Below are positions 49,736-62,149 of a stretch of DNA of 64,000 nt, piece after piece. Origin of the DNA: Octopus sinensis. Its lineage: Eukaryota. Made by a program: the position numbers and the translations under genes. The notes beneath the pieces are model-generated. The model searched no databases. It was given only the letters and a program-made list of their open reading frames with translations, and was not told where the DNA came from. The stretch's first letter is position 1. Each line of letters starts with the position of its first letter. The stretch is from the NCBI RefSeq assembly GCF_006345805.1, contig NC_043010.1:30876001-30940000 (forward strand). The letters are read 5' to 3'.

Positions 49736-52700
49736 TTGCATGTTTATTAGTTTTATCAAAGTTTATTTTATCTGTATTACAAGTGTTCAGTACCCTGTTC
49801 TTATTAATATTCTTAATTTCATTAGGATATTTTGCCGTTGTAAATCTATTTCTACTATCATTTCTGGCTTGATCCCTATTGTTGTCTACGTTACTAATTG
49901 TATGTTTCTTAATTTTATCTAAAATTGTCTTATCAGGGCTATCTATGTTATGGTCTATGCAGTTATCCTTGTTCTTATTATCATTTCGATTAGATGTTGT
50001 ATTAAATCTACCTATACGTATCTTTTCGGTTTGATCGTTTTTGTTGTTTACGTGGTTATTGTTATTTAAATTATTTAAATTGTTATGAGTTTGTAAGTTT
50101 TCTATATCAATAAATGTAATTTTTTGGTTATATCCTGCTCTAGATAATGCCTCATTATAATGCTCCGAGTGTGAGTTAAATATATCAAAATTAGACGATA
50201 ATTTGGATATTCTCATGAAAATATTTCTAATTAAGGAATTAATTATATTTGGGGGATGATTAGATAATTTACTTACGTAACTAGTGATTTCACCTTCTTT
50301 TTGGTTATATCCTGCTCTAGATAACGCCTCATTATAAGGCTCCGAGTGTGAGTTAAATATATCAAAATTAGACGATAATTTGGATATTCTCATGGAAATA
50401 TTTCTAATTAAGGAATTAATTATATTTGGGGGATGATTAGATAATTTACTTACGTAACTAGTGATTTCACCTTCTTTTCTAAATGGGTAATGTAGTTTAG
50501 AGTTAAGGTCTAATGTAATATCTAGAAAATTAGCTATTTTAATGCCTGGTTCATAGGTTATGCTAAGGTTGAAATCTTTAAAGAACTTATTAATTTTCTT
50601 TTTGATTCTTTCTATGTGTGATTTATTATTACTATGGACAACAAACAAAGCAGTATCTCTATATAAACCACCTTGCAATTCAGGGATCTCATTTTTTATG
50701 CATTTCAGTAGATATGCTCCAACTAAGTTGGTCACCTCAGCCGAATCACTTGAGCCCATAGGAATATCGAAATGATAATTGTAATAACATTACTGAAAGT
50801 AATAATAGCTACAATGGTAATAATGAATGTCATATAATAAGTATAACCAATAGCTATAGAATTGCTAATAATAATAACACAAATAGGAATAATTATGTTA
50901 ATAATACGAATAATACCAGGAATGTAAGTACAGTAAATGAGGACAGCAATGTTATCTGCAATAACACTACACATTTAGAAACCAATACCGACAACAATAC
51001 TAACAGCATCAACAATATTAATAATGAAAGTAGGGTTATAGAACCAAATGATAGTGTAGGAATACCGATAAATGATAATACTACTTTAGATAATAACATT
51101 AACTACAATAATGATAACATTATTTTAGATAACAGCATCAACAATATTAATAATGAAAGTAGGGTTATAGAACCAAATGAAAATGTAAGAATACCAATAA
51201 ATGATAATACTACTTTAGATAATAATATTAACTACAATAATGATAACATTATTTTAGATAGCAGCAATAACCAAAATCATGAAAAATATACCCGCACTGT
51301 TTCGAGCAACAGTAGTATGAGACTTCTATTCTCAAATTATTCTACTTCAAATTATAATTCCCCTAGATGTAACTGCAGAATTAAATCAAAATGCCCGGCG
51401 CCTGGTTTATGCGGGTTAAATAACATAATCTACAAATGCTTCATAACCACAGATAATAATAAATTCACTTATGTAGGATGTACCATAAATTTTAAGAAAA
51501 TAATTACTAACCATCTATCCTCCTTCAGATTACGTCATAAAGCTGATAGCACCACTCTTTCTAGTAAAATTTGGGAACTAAAAAACAATAATATCAAGTA
51601 TAACCTTAATTGGGAATTAGTTAGAAGAGCGATACCCTATAAAAATAGCAGAGTAGGTTGTCAACTTTGCTCCATGGAAACATTTGAAATACTAATGTAT
51701 AGAAAAAATAATGAAATTTTATTGAACAGCAGGATTGAACTGGAAAATTCTTGTATCCACGCTCGAACTAGGACTCTTAAATATTTTAAATGATGTTTTA
51801 ATTGATAACAGTATATATTAAAATCACTTTGTATAAAATCACTTTGAATTAAACTTTACTCCTACATATTATATTATATATTTAATTATACAGCTACGAT
51901 CTAATTAGCTATGATTATATTCTCTCTCTAACTGTACTAGGTGATACTTATTGATTTAAGTTATTTGATTTAATTCTTCATTCTATTAGACTATGTAGAT
52001 AATTTAAATTTTTCTCTCTATTTTTTTCTCTCTATTTCTTAGTTTATTTCATTTTAACCTACTTATAGGAAATTAGTTAGTTAAACTTCTTAGTTTCTTT
52101 TACACTAATAACTAATTCTGCTAATCCCAAACCTATAATATAATATAATATAATATAATATAATATAATTGTATGGTTTCATTAGAAAATAACTCCATTT
52201 TCTTTTATTTTCTTCTGACCTCTCATTGTATCCCCATAACCTGACAATCTATTAATAGTAACATTAATAAATAAAGAAATAAATTAAATGACCTCAGTTC
52301 GAATTTTGCACCAAATAAGCTAAGATGTTTTCTTATAGTAACAACTTGTGACCCTCCCTTTTAGCTTCCCGTTCCCTCTTTATATAGCAATTAATAGCAG
52401 TAACTGGTCAAATTCAACTTTCTTCCTTAGCTCTGTGATTCTTGTAAATTTCAATAACAGCCTGTTCCTCTACACTAAAAGGCTGTCACTACGCTTCTTA
52501 CTCGGATTATAATACAGCAGTTCTCAGAAATTTCGCACGATTGTATCCAAAATTTCTTCACATAGCTTGATTAACAATTTACTATGAACTATATATGGAC
52601 AAGCACATATTCTGTAAGTTCAATACCTCTCATCGGATCTCCAGGAATCAAACTTTCTTCAATACAGTTAAACTCACACCCTTATTTTTATCTTCACTCT

Positions 52701-52993
52701 CTGGAAAACTAGGATGTTTTGAAAAAACTTTTTAATAACCTGATATATGACTGTGTAATACTAATTGAACTCTTAGAAACCAATATGTTATCTAAATTCT
52801 CATTTTTATAGAATTTTCCATGATGTTTCATAAGTGTAACATTATCCCCTTTGATGTTTGGGAATCTCTGATGTTTTTTCGGCTGATGAGTACGAACCAC
52901 CTATATTTACTACAATTTTTGTAGCTTTATTAAAGATGTCCTCGTACGAAACAATTGTACCGATATATTGATCCATTCTTGTTGCTTTTTTCC
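49736..52993 (+). mobile_element. Penelope-like element with inverted RT segment (49736-about 50782, -) and forward GIY-YIG, 3' region and hammerhead
   Basis: Minus strand: FDIPMGSSDSAEV, GLYRD, NFLDITLDL, SNHPP. Plus strand: CNCRIKSKCPAPGLC..IY..YVGCT..CQLC..LLNSR..LKYFK* (51317-51793). Ends at (TA)n. Confidence 0.9.
52879..52963 (+). ncRNA. Type I hammerhead ribozyme with long stem II, fully canonical core
   Basis: TCGG-CTGATGA-GTACGA...TCGTAC-GAAA-CAATTG-TA-CCGA; predicted GUA cleavage after 52959. Confidence 0.9.
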
Positions 52994-53024
52994 TATATAT
53001 ATATATTATATATATATATATATA

Positions 53025-53610
53025 CTAGCTGGTGTAGCCGATAATTCCCGGGGGTAAAAATGTTCTATTCGAACGCCTTATTACTTTGATGTAAGAGGTG
53101 TATTTTCCGTCACGAAAACGTACAAAAAGCTGTCAGTTGGAAGAGGGAGAGATTGTTGGACGTTGGCGAAAGAGCTTTTCAGGGGTTGGTGAAAAAGATT
53201 GTCGAAGGTTGTCGCGAGAGGTTTTCGGAGGTTGGCGAGAGAGATTGTTATAAGTTGGCAAGAGAGGTTGTCTGAGGGAGAGGCATCTTTGTTCCAAAAT
53301 TTCAGTCTTGCAGGGCTTCGTGATACACAATGTTTTTGGTTTTGCCGTTAAATTTTACGGATTTCCAACTCTACAGCGTCCGACATAGAGCTGTCCGTGA
53401 GAAAAAGCAGCTCTTGCAAGATTAAGGCCTACCACTTCCAATGTCTGACCCTGTGCTTTGTTGATGCTCATTGCAAAGCTTAATCTCAATGGGAATTGTA
53501 GCTTTTTGAAATCAATTTGTGTGTCGGAAGGAATCAGAGGAATCTTTGGAATGAAAACATCTTCACCACTTACTTTCTATAGGTGGTATGACTTATTTCC
53601 ATTGAGTGTT
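53025..53610 (-). mobile_element. Helitron 3' remnant (PIF1-like helicase C-terminus)
   Basis: LQFPLRLSFAMSINKAQGQTLEVVGL..FSHGQLYV..KTKNIVY; 3' hairpin then CTAG|T at 53025 inside (TA)n. Confidence 0.88.
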
Positions 53611-53676
53611 TAAAAAAAATAGTTATATAAGAGAGATATGAAGCCACAAACACACACCGTTTTTCCACATATGTAG

Positions 53677-53709
<33 letters not shown>

Positions 53710-53796
53710 AATCCAAAAGGGAAACAAAAAAACAACAACAACAGGAACAATTACAGTATTATTATTAATAGGCGCTCAGGAGATGGAAGCAGGGAG

Positions 53797-53834
53797 GTAT
53801 GACGTTTCGAGCGGAGCTCTTCGTCGGAAACATA
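53797..53834 (-). ncRNA. Minimal hammerhead motif, degenerate (U4 changed to C)
   Basis: GTTT-CCGACGA-A-GAGC-TCC-GCTC-GAAA-CG-TC-ATAC. A related terminal repeat remnant lies at about 49690-49735. Confidence 0.55.
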
Positions 53835-54484
53835 AAGAAGGAAGAGAGAGGAAAGAAAGATCCCAGAGCGGGCAACAGGGAAAGAGAAAAAAGACGACTG
53901 GTGTTTACGAGTTGCACATGGTGAAAGGCGGATGTTGACGATAACAAGAGCAAAGTGGGTTTTTAAAGGCAAAAGAGTGGAGACAAGGTTGGTAACCCAA
54001 CAGATGTGTGTGTATGTGTGAGTGTGTGCATGTGCGTGTGTGTATGTGTGTGTGTGAGGCGAGATGAAAAAACAAAAAAATAATATATATATATATATAC
54101 ACACATACACTCACACATAAATTTATATACTTATACACATTCATGCACACGCACACATACGTGTGTGTACCTGTGCTTATATCAATTACAGGATCAAGTT
54201 TTTACTTTTCTGCATTTTATGAGAAACACGCATGTATGCGTGATTTATGCTATAACTTATGACACGGATATATTATGCGGCGAAATGTTTTAGTACATAG
54301 AAGATTTTTTCCAGTCTGATTCCTCGCATATATAGATGTTTCTTTGTCTACTTGCTTATTTTTTCAAAACCAATATTTTGCACAGTCGTTGAAAACAGAT
54401 CTTGTAGAAACCTCAACGAGAACAGTCCAATATTTTTGTTAGTAGAAACACAGAGACACTCACGCATGCATGCACACAGACACA

Positions 54485-54524
<40 letters not shown>

Positions 54525-54532
54525 TATATATA

Positions 54533-55400
54533 TTAGGCTGAGTAAAAAGTAAGCAACGTTCTGAAACATGAAATTCATCACAATATATTTCAACAATGCG
54601 GAAATTTTATTCATCAAAGTAAGTACCATTACAATCAACATACATTTGCCAACGAGTTACAGGTTTGTTTATTCTGGTAACATAAAAATTTGGAGTTCTG
54701 GAGCTGATAAACTCTTTGAACACACTTTCAGCATCGGTTTGATTTTTGAACTCCTTCTCTCGCAGGAAACCATCAAGGTGTTTGAAAATGTCGTAGTCGG
54801 TAGGAGAAAGGTCTGGGGAATAAGGAGTGGGGAAGGACCTTGTAGCCAAGTTCCCTCAACTTTTGGAGCGTCGTTAGTGAAACGTGCATCGAACTTGTCA
54901 TGAAGAATGATTGGACCTCTTCTTTTGACCAGTCTGGGACAGAGGAGTAGCGGCTTTTCATTTTGCCAATTTCATGGCAATATGTTTCTGCAGTAATGGT
55001 TTTTCCGAGTTTTAAGAATTTATAGTGGATGAGTCCGACAGTGCACCACCAAACAGTCACCATAACCTTCTTTTTGAAGAGCTCGGGTTTAGGAAAGGTT
55101 TTCGGTGCTTCATTTTGGTCCAAAGACTGAAAAGAACGTTTTTTATTATTGTACAGAATCCACTTTGCATCGCCAGTTACTATACGGTCGAGAAATGGAT
55201 CGGTCTGGTTACGGAGAAGAAGCAACGAGCACATTTCATATCTGCGCATTTCCTGATCTTCATTCAAATCCTGTGGTACCCATTTGGGTGAGCTTTTTAA
55301 ATTGTTTTGGAGAGAAACAACTAGTCAGTTGGATATGCGAGCCTCACAAATATCGCTTCGGATCCGCAGTGGATTCTTTCTGCCTCCACCCATCGTCATA
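54533..55400 (-). mobile_element. Mariner (DD34D-type) transposon remnant with one TIR
   Basis: KWVPQDL..FLDRIVTGDAKW..KKVMVTVWW..PYSPDLSPTDY..RWQMYVDCNGTYF; TA|TTAGGCTG terminus; frameshifts. Confidence 0.9.
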
Positions 55401-55429
55401 CCAATGTATAGTACTGGCTCCGGTAAATT

Positions 55430-56082
55430 TTGATCCCTTCACCCGCACGATTTTCACTAAGAAAAAAAAACTCGGATTTTTTGCGTGGAATCAAGTACCC
55501 TGACCTCCTAATGTGCTGCAAACTCCTTATTTTTGTTCGGAAAAAAAGTGGGGAGCAGAGTGTAGTGGGTGCTTTTCAAGTGTGACTGGCACGGGAGTCA
55601 GTCAGATGGCACTGGCATCGATCACGCTCGAGTGGTACTTTTTACGTGCCACCGGCACTAGCGCAGCCGATGCCAGTACCGGCGGCATGTAAAAGTACCA
55701 TTCGAGCATATTAGGAGGTCAGGGTTCTTGATTCCATACAAAAAATCCGAGTTCTTTTTTCTTAGTGAAAATCGTGTGGGTGAAAAGATCAATAGGGGTA
55801 GAGGTGAAATTTCTGAGAATTCCACCTCACCCCACTCGTTTTACGGACCCAAAAAAGGGTTATTTAGCATATTAGGAGGTCACCGGAATTTATTCAACGA
55901 AAAAAAAAAAGACTTTCCAATGATTCTGAGTTATGGGAGGGGGGGGCGGTTTTCCCCTCGCCTTTTTTCCAAACAAAAATAAGGAGTTTGCAGCATATTA
56001 GGAAGTCAGGGTACTTGATTCCACGCCAAAAAATCTGAGGTTTTTTTTCTAGTGAAAATCGTGCTGGTGAAAGAATCAAATA
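55430..56082. mobile_element. MITE-like element with about 120-bp TIRs, an internal third copy of the arm and an RTE-SINE-like insert
   Basis: Module GCATATTAGGAGGTCAGGGTACTTGATTCCACGC..GTGAAAATCGTG is inverted at 55432-55550 and direct at 55707-55790 and 55960-56082. Confidence 0.65.
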
Positions 56083-56084
56083 AT

Positions 56085-56790
56085 ACCCTGGCCCCTTCCA
56101 CGCGCATGCTGCTCTCCAAAGAATCGGAATGCGTGGCCTAGACGCCACAGGCTTCTCTTACCAGCTCGAGTCAGCAGGGCTAGGCTGAAGGGATGAGGTC
56201 GACTTTGCCTTTCATCCTTTCGGGGTCGATTAAATAAGTACCAGTTACGCACTGGGGTCGATATAATCGACTTAATCCGTTTGTCTGTCCTTGTTTGTCC
56301 CCTCTGTGTTTACCCCCATGTGGGTAGTAAAGGAATAGGTATAAGGCCAGATGACATAACAGTTTTCCTGTTCCGCAGTAGTAAGCCTTTCACCTGGGAT
56401 GACACATGCTGCGGTACCTTTTCCAGCGGCAACTTCGTGTGTTCGGGCGCCAGTCCAGGCTTCGCTGCTGGTCAAGCCGAGAAGGGCAAACAGTTAAAGT
56501 ATCAACCGCTCTCTCACAGATTTGTGATCGAGCCTGTGACCATGAAAACATCCAGCGTTCTTGGGCCCCGGACTACATCCCTGCGCACTGCTGTCGAGGC
56601 CGAGGTGGCAATCAGCAAGTGTGAATCCTGTGAGTTAGAGTAGCTGTTCCAGCACGTATCCCTCGCCATCCTCCAGAACAACGCCTTTTCCATTTAGTCC
56701 ACTGGACCATGAGATAGATCGACTTGTCCTTTTTAGTTACAGCTGTTGTACCTTACTGGTACGTACACCCTTCTTAATAATAAAAAGTTA
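56085..56790 (+). mobile_element. CRE-clade LINE 3' fragment interrupted by an OK SINE (about 56196-56342)
   Basis: HAALQRI..LESAGL | SINE | RPDDITV..WDDTC..AAGQAEKGKQLKY..LFQHVSLAILQNNA. Confidence 0.8.
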
Positions 56791-57500
56791 GTTATTTTAC
56801 GTCAATTATCCTTCCTCCTCCCTCTTCTAAATAAAATAGGGCACGATTTAGGGTGACTTTGTTGTACCTGCGACGCTCAATCTACCTGACGATTAAAATT
56901 TTTAATGGAAACTATAATTTCTGGTTTGGGTTTATTTTTTTTTTTTTTTTACATAAACTTGGATAAAGCTTCCCTCCACCAAACAAACAAATAAATAAAT
57001 AAACGACTTATTTCACATCATAAGGTATCCAAAGACTGGCTTATATTTGTTCCTGTGGGATCTAGAAATTATGTTACAAGCTGCCGTTCAAACTGAAAAG
57101 ATCCATCTATTTAATTGACTTATATCCTTCCCTGTGTTACTTAAGTTACAAATGACGTAATTTTTTTCTTAATGATGGACTCGAAACATTATATTAGAAG
57201 GGGAAAGAATTCGTCGATCACCGTTACCAAGGATCTGTGGGACACAAAATGGTTGAAGATGACAGTTGGGTATTTGTTTTCTTTACTACTTTTATGTTCT
57301 AACTTTTGTTTTCTTTACTATCTCCCTAAGACTCTTTAGTTTTTGTGTATAACTGATGACCAATTTTTTTTAATTGCTTAATGTCAATTTCTTCTCGCTC
57401 TCTTCAAGAGTATATGTCTTTCTACGAAGATGGTGATTAATTTCGTCGCTACACGGAAATTCTTTATTGATGCAAATCCTTCTAGTGAAAAACAAAATGG

Positions 57501-57538
<38 letters not shown>

Positions 57539-58599
57539 GTGTGTGGGGTAACGTCCGCCCTTCTCCCTGCCACCCTCCGGAGCTGTATAAAAAAAATAAA
57601 GGGTAATGGGTGCTAACCTTCCCTCTTTGACTAAATACTATAATACGTGTGTGTGTGTGTGTGTATAAAAATGGGGTAACACTAGAGATGAACAGACACG
57701 TACGAAGCCAACAACGAATCCTCTAATTGTTGTTTGACATGCTAGAAATAGCAGCCTAGTTCCATGCCATCAGATCCTACCGACTTCAAAAAATGTGCGA
57801 ATACACATTGGATAATGTAAACATAGAAATAATATATCTGAAAAAATAAGCTGAATTTCCTAGTCAGGATCATCTTTAATCATAGATGTACTAGATCAGA
57901 GCTGACTTTGGGCTAAACGTGAACAACAGACGCTGACATACTTGTTCTGAATTATGCTGAGATGAAATTCGAACAACCTGTAACGGTATGACATAACGAT
58001 ATTGCACAATAGCTGAGACGAATATGTTTATTCTATTTGCGAATATATATTTGTCTTGCTTTAAAACAACGATTCTTAACCTTTGGTCCACAAAAATACT
58101 ACTGGGGATCGGCGAACTGCGTTCAAAAGTTTGAAATACTGCTTTGTAAAATTATTCAGTTGCATTGAGAAATGAAATTGGGAATATGGTTTGGTTATTA
58201 GTTAATAAAATCAATTTATTAAGTAGTGAGCACTTTCAAAAACTTGTGATATATAGGAACATTAGCATTCTTTCGGTATTGGTCTACAGTGTGTCATTGT
58301 GTAAGGAAACGACGTCATTCACCTTCGTTTTCAGTCTAACCTCGTTATCTATGTAATGAGGGAAGGTTGTATGGGTGAAAGATGTAATGTGCCAGTATCA
58401 AAGGATTGCCAGAAAATTAATTTAAGCAAATGGAGTCGTTGGTGGGGAAAAGATTGGGAAGCAATTGGCATATGTATGTAACAACATTGGGCAAAATTAG
58501 TCTTATTTATGCTTAAATTTAGCTGAACAAAACTTCCAGTCAATGAAAAAGTTTTTAATCCAGTATAGTGTATCATTTAATAGTTTTACCCTGTTCATG

Positions 58600-59660
58600 T
58601 TTGTGTGTGTGTGTGTGTGTCCATCCATCTAGCATGGCTTGGATGATTTTCCAGGAGCTGGCAACCCAGAGGGCTGTGCCAAGCTCTAGTATCAGCTTTG
58701 GCATTATTTCTATGATTGGATGCCCTTCCTAATGCCAACCACTTTACAGAATGTACTAGATGCTTTTTATATAGCACCAATAGGGTCACCAAATAGCTTG
58801 CATGACAGTAAGAACCCCTCGACTGAGAGGGGGAATGGTATTGAGGGAGGTGACTTTGTGCGATGATGAGAAATTAAAATAAGATACAAGGATAGAAACA
58901 AGTGTCTTGCTGTAGAGGAGAAACTTGGCTACCCCAGTCTAAAAGAGAGAAAGAAGATGGTGATGATATGCTAGAGAATCCTTGAGATACAACAAGAATA
59001 TGAGTGGTATAGAGGATTGGACAGGGTGAGTGAGCAGGAAGTTCATGAGAGTGCAAGAAGAGGGGCAAAGGGGAAAGTAGTGAATAGTGAATATGAGTAT
59101 ATAGGGGAGCAGCAGGACAGCAATGATACAGTTAGCAGTGGGTGAGGGACAGGAAACAAAGATGACCCAGCAACACTGGGCTTCAGGGGCAAGATGGGGA
59201 GAGACAAGCATAGTGCTTAAGGAGATGTAGTTTGGTTCAATGACAACATAGTGCTTAATTAGATGAGTTTGGTTCAATGGCAGTGGGGAGAGTGAATTAA
59301 TGTAACGTGGGTGGAGAATACATAATACAAACCACTTCCAGAAATCAGTTTTGTTGAGCTAGGCAAGTCTTCTCAAGAACCTCATTGCCAGACATCTTGG
59401 TCCGTTGTCATCTCCTCCATAAGGCTCAACAGTCTGAGATCAGTCCTCACTACTTCATCCCATGTCTTTCTGGGCATCCCCCTGCCTTCTGCAGATAATA
59501 TCTGCTTTAAGCAATCAGCACTTCTTTATGCAGCTGTTCTCATTCATGTGCATCACATTTCCAAACTATCATGGTCTTCCCTCTAGCATGCTACATCTGA
59601 TTCTTCTTAGCATGTTAGCACTTTGTTGTACATGCATGCTGATGTTGTACATCATTGGAG
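58600..59660 (-). mobile_element. RTE-clade LINE 3' remnant (second copy)
   Basis: Same order as 12708-14130: ORF end (RKTWDEVVRTDL), pyrimidine-rich block, GTGGTTGGCATTAGGAAGGGCATCCA 3' UTR, microsatellite tail. Confidence 0.75.
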
Positions 59661-59884
59661 AATACTATTTATATATATATATATATGAAGGTAGGCTGGT
59701 GGGTTTTCATCTAAGGGACTATAAGTCAGAAAAAATATGCCAATAGAGCAGATATATTAATCTCTAAGCTAATATATAGCTTTTAAGCAAATGAACTTGA
59801 ATGGGAAGATCTGCAAACAGATCTCTCACTTATTTTGGAGAATTTGTTGCAATTGCTTCCTCCAGAGTCATATCCCAATCATAT

Positions 59885-60180
59885 TCATCACAAAAAATCA
59901 TGTAAAAAGAATCACCGAAAACAATCGTAGTAATGAAAACATAGGAATCCAAAATTTCAGGATTGCAGGTCTGGATCCAGCCCGGAATGTTTTTAATTTA
60001 CCCACAGAGTTAGCCTTTAGATTATAAAAATTGTTATTGTACAAAAAAAATGTTTCACAAAAAGTTGTAAAAAAATCACTGAAAACAATCACAGTAATGA
60101 AAACATGGGAATCCAAAATTTTGGGATTGTGGGTCCAGATTCAGCACAGAATATTTTTAATTTACTCACTGAGTCAGCCT
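59885..60180. repeat. Diverged tandem duplication (about 110-bp unit, period about 165 bp)
   Basis: AATCAC.GAAAACAATC..AGTAATGAAAACAT.GGAATCCAAAATTT occurs twice. Confidence 0.75.
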
Positions 60181-60679
60181 GATTCCAAAATGGCATGATA
60201 TGTTGGGCTATGGCTTCTAGGAATAAAATTGAAAAAGTGTGACACACTGACATACAGAATATAAAGTTGGACAAAATGCCACTAAGCATTTTGTCTAGCA
60301 TGTTAACAATGATAAAAAGGGAAAGAAGAGGAAGAGAAGCTAGATAGAGAGGAGAACCAAGTGACAAAGTATAAACCAGGATTTAATATTTTAAGAGAGT
60401 GTGAAGATATATAACAAGAAATATTCATTTAAACCTATTGGTTCCATGGTTCCAAGCTTGAATATAATTCCTTGAGTGTGTGTATCTATAGTAATGTGGA
60501 GATGACAAATACTGATAAAAGGTTAATGAAGAGGCCCATTGTGTCAAAGTGAATGATGGTAGGTTGACCTGGTATGCATGGTAGAATACTCTGAATAGAA
60601 TAAATGCTCTGTGGTATTCAGATATGTTACTTCATATTCTTTAATGAAAATCATACATCATCAAACTTGTCTTTCATTA

Positions 60680-60990
60680 AAGAATGCCACAGTGCTGAAA
60701 TATGCAGATGACATCAAGCTGTACCTCGAAATAAAGAGGTCAGATCCTGTACACTATAGATCTCTATTGAAAGCAGACCTGGACACAATGCAGCAGTGGA
60801 TCATGGACTGGCAACTCAAGCTGGCTGTGGACAAATGTACCACCATGCATTTTGGGAGGAGAAACCCAGCGTCCACTTACTCCCTCCACAACACTAATCT
60901 CAAAAAGTGTTCGTGTGAACGTGACCTGGGTGTTATTGTCGACAGCGATTTGCGTTGGACAAAACACATCACTAAAATTGCCAAGAAGGC
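60680..60990 (+). mobile_element. CR1/Jockey-type LINE RT fragment
   Basis: KYADDIKLY..DLDTMQQW..WQLKLAVDKC..ERDLGVIVDSDLRWTKHI..AKKA. Confidence 0.85.
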
Positions 60991-60991
60991 T

Positions 60992-61870
60992 AAGCTGGCA
61001 GAATTGTTAGTGCATTGGACAAAATGCTGAGCAGCATTTCTTCCTACTCTTTATATTCCAAGTCTAATCACAGCAAAGATCAAGTTTACCTTTCATCCCT
61101 CTGGCCAAACAAAATTGTTAACATGCTAGACAAAATGCTTAGTGGCATTTTGTCCAACTTTATATTCTGAGTTCAAATTCCACTGAGGTTGAATTTGCTC
61201 TTCATTCTTTTGGGGTTGATAACATTAGTATCAGCTGAATACTGGAGTCAATGTAATTGACTATCTCCTTCCCCAACAAAAAATTTCAGGCCTTGTATCT
61301 AGTGTGAAAAGGATTATTATTATTATTATTATTATTACTACTACTACTACTAAGGCATTAAGGCGGCAGCTGGAAGAATCTTTAGCATGCCAGGCAAAAT
61401 GGTTAGTGGTATTTTGTCCATCTTCACGTTACGAGTTTAAATTCTGCCTTTCATCCTTTCAGGGTTGATAAAATAAGTACCAGCTGAGTACTGGGGTCGA
61501 TGTAATTGACTACCTTGTCCCCCAAATTTCCGGCTTTGAGCCTATAGTAGAAACTATTATTATTATTAAGGCAGTGAACTCACTGAATCATTAGCACATC
61601 AGACAAAATGTTTAGTGGCATTTCTTTCAGCACTTCACATTTTGAGTTCAAATCCTACCAAGGTTACCTTTGCCTTTCATCTCTCCAGAGTTGTTAAAAT
61701 GAAGTACCAGTCAAGTACTGAGGTCAATGTAACTGATTAACCCCCTCCCCTCAAAATTGCTGGTTTTGTGCCAGAATCAGCTATAAAATTACCACTTAAG
61801 AACTGAGTCAATGTAATTGACTGTACCTTCTCTCCAAAATCTATGACTTGGTTTTCATATTAGAAATCAC
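60992..61870 (+). mobile_element. Tandem cluster of decayed OK-type SINEs
   Basis: At least four repeats of the GACAAAATGCTTAGTGGCATTT..TTCAAAT..CCTTTCAT..AGTACCAG..GATGTAATTGACT module. Confidence 0.8.
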
Positions 61871-62149
61871 TGGCCCTCTACCTATGTAAGAAATTATTAA
61901 AATGCTCACAAAAAAATTCCTCATCTTATGCCTATATTGTACCTTGTTTTAATAGCACTTTGATGGCCTTCTCTGGCTCAGTGAAGAGTTGAAATGTGAA
62001 AAACCAATAACAATAGTGATGAGTTTTTATATTAGAGCCAAATGTGCTTGCTTTGGATGGTTTGCCTGGCAAGCTCTATGGCTACATTCCACACTTGTTC
62101 ACTCCTCTCTTGACACATATCTATTGCAACAGACAACTGACAAGGAGTA

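Noticed and set aside
57190-57435. Possible + strand mini-exons (KGKEFVDHRY... and EYMSFYED)
   Set aside because: Splice signals are only moderate, there are no partner exons and no recognisable protein.
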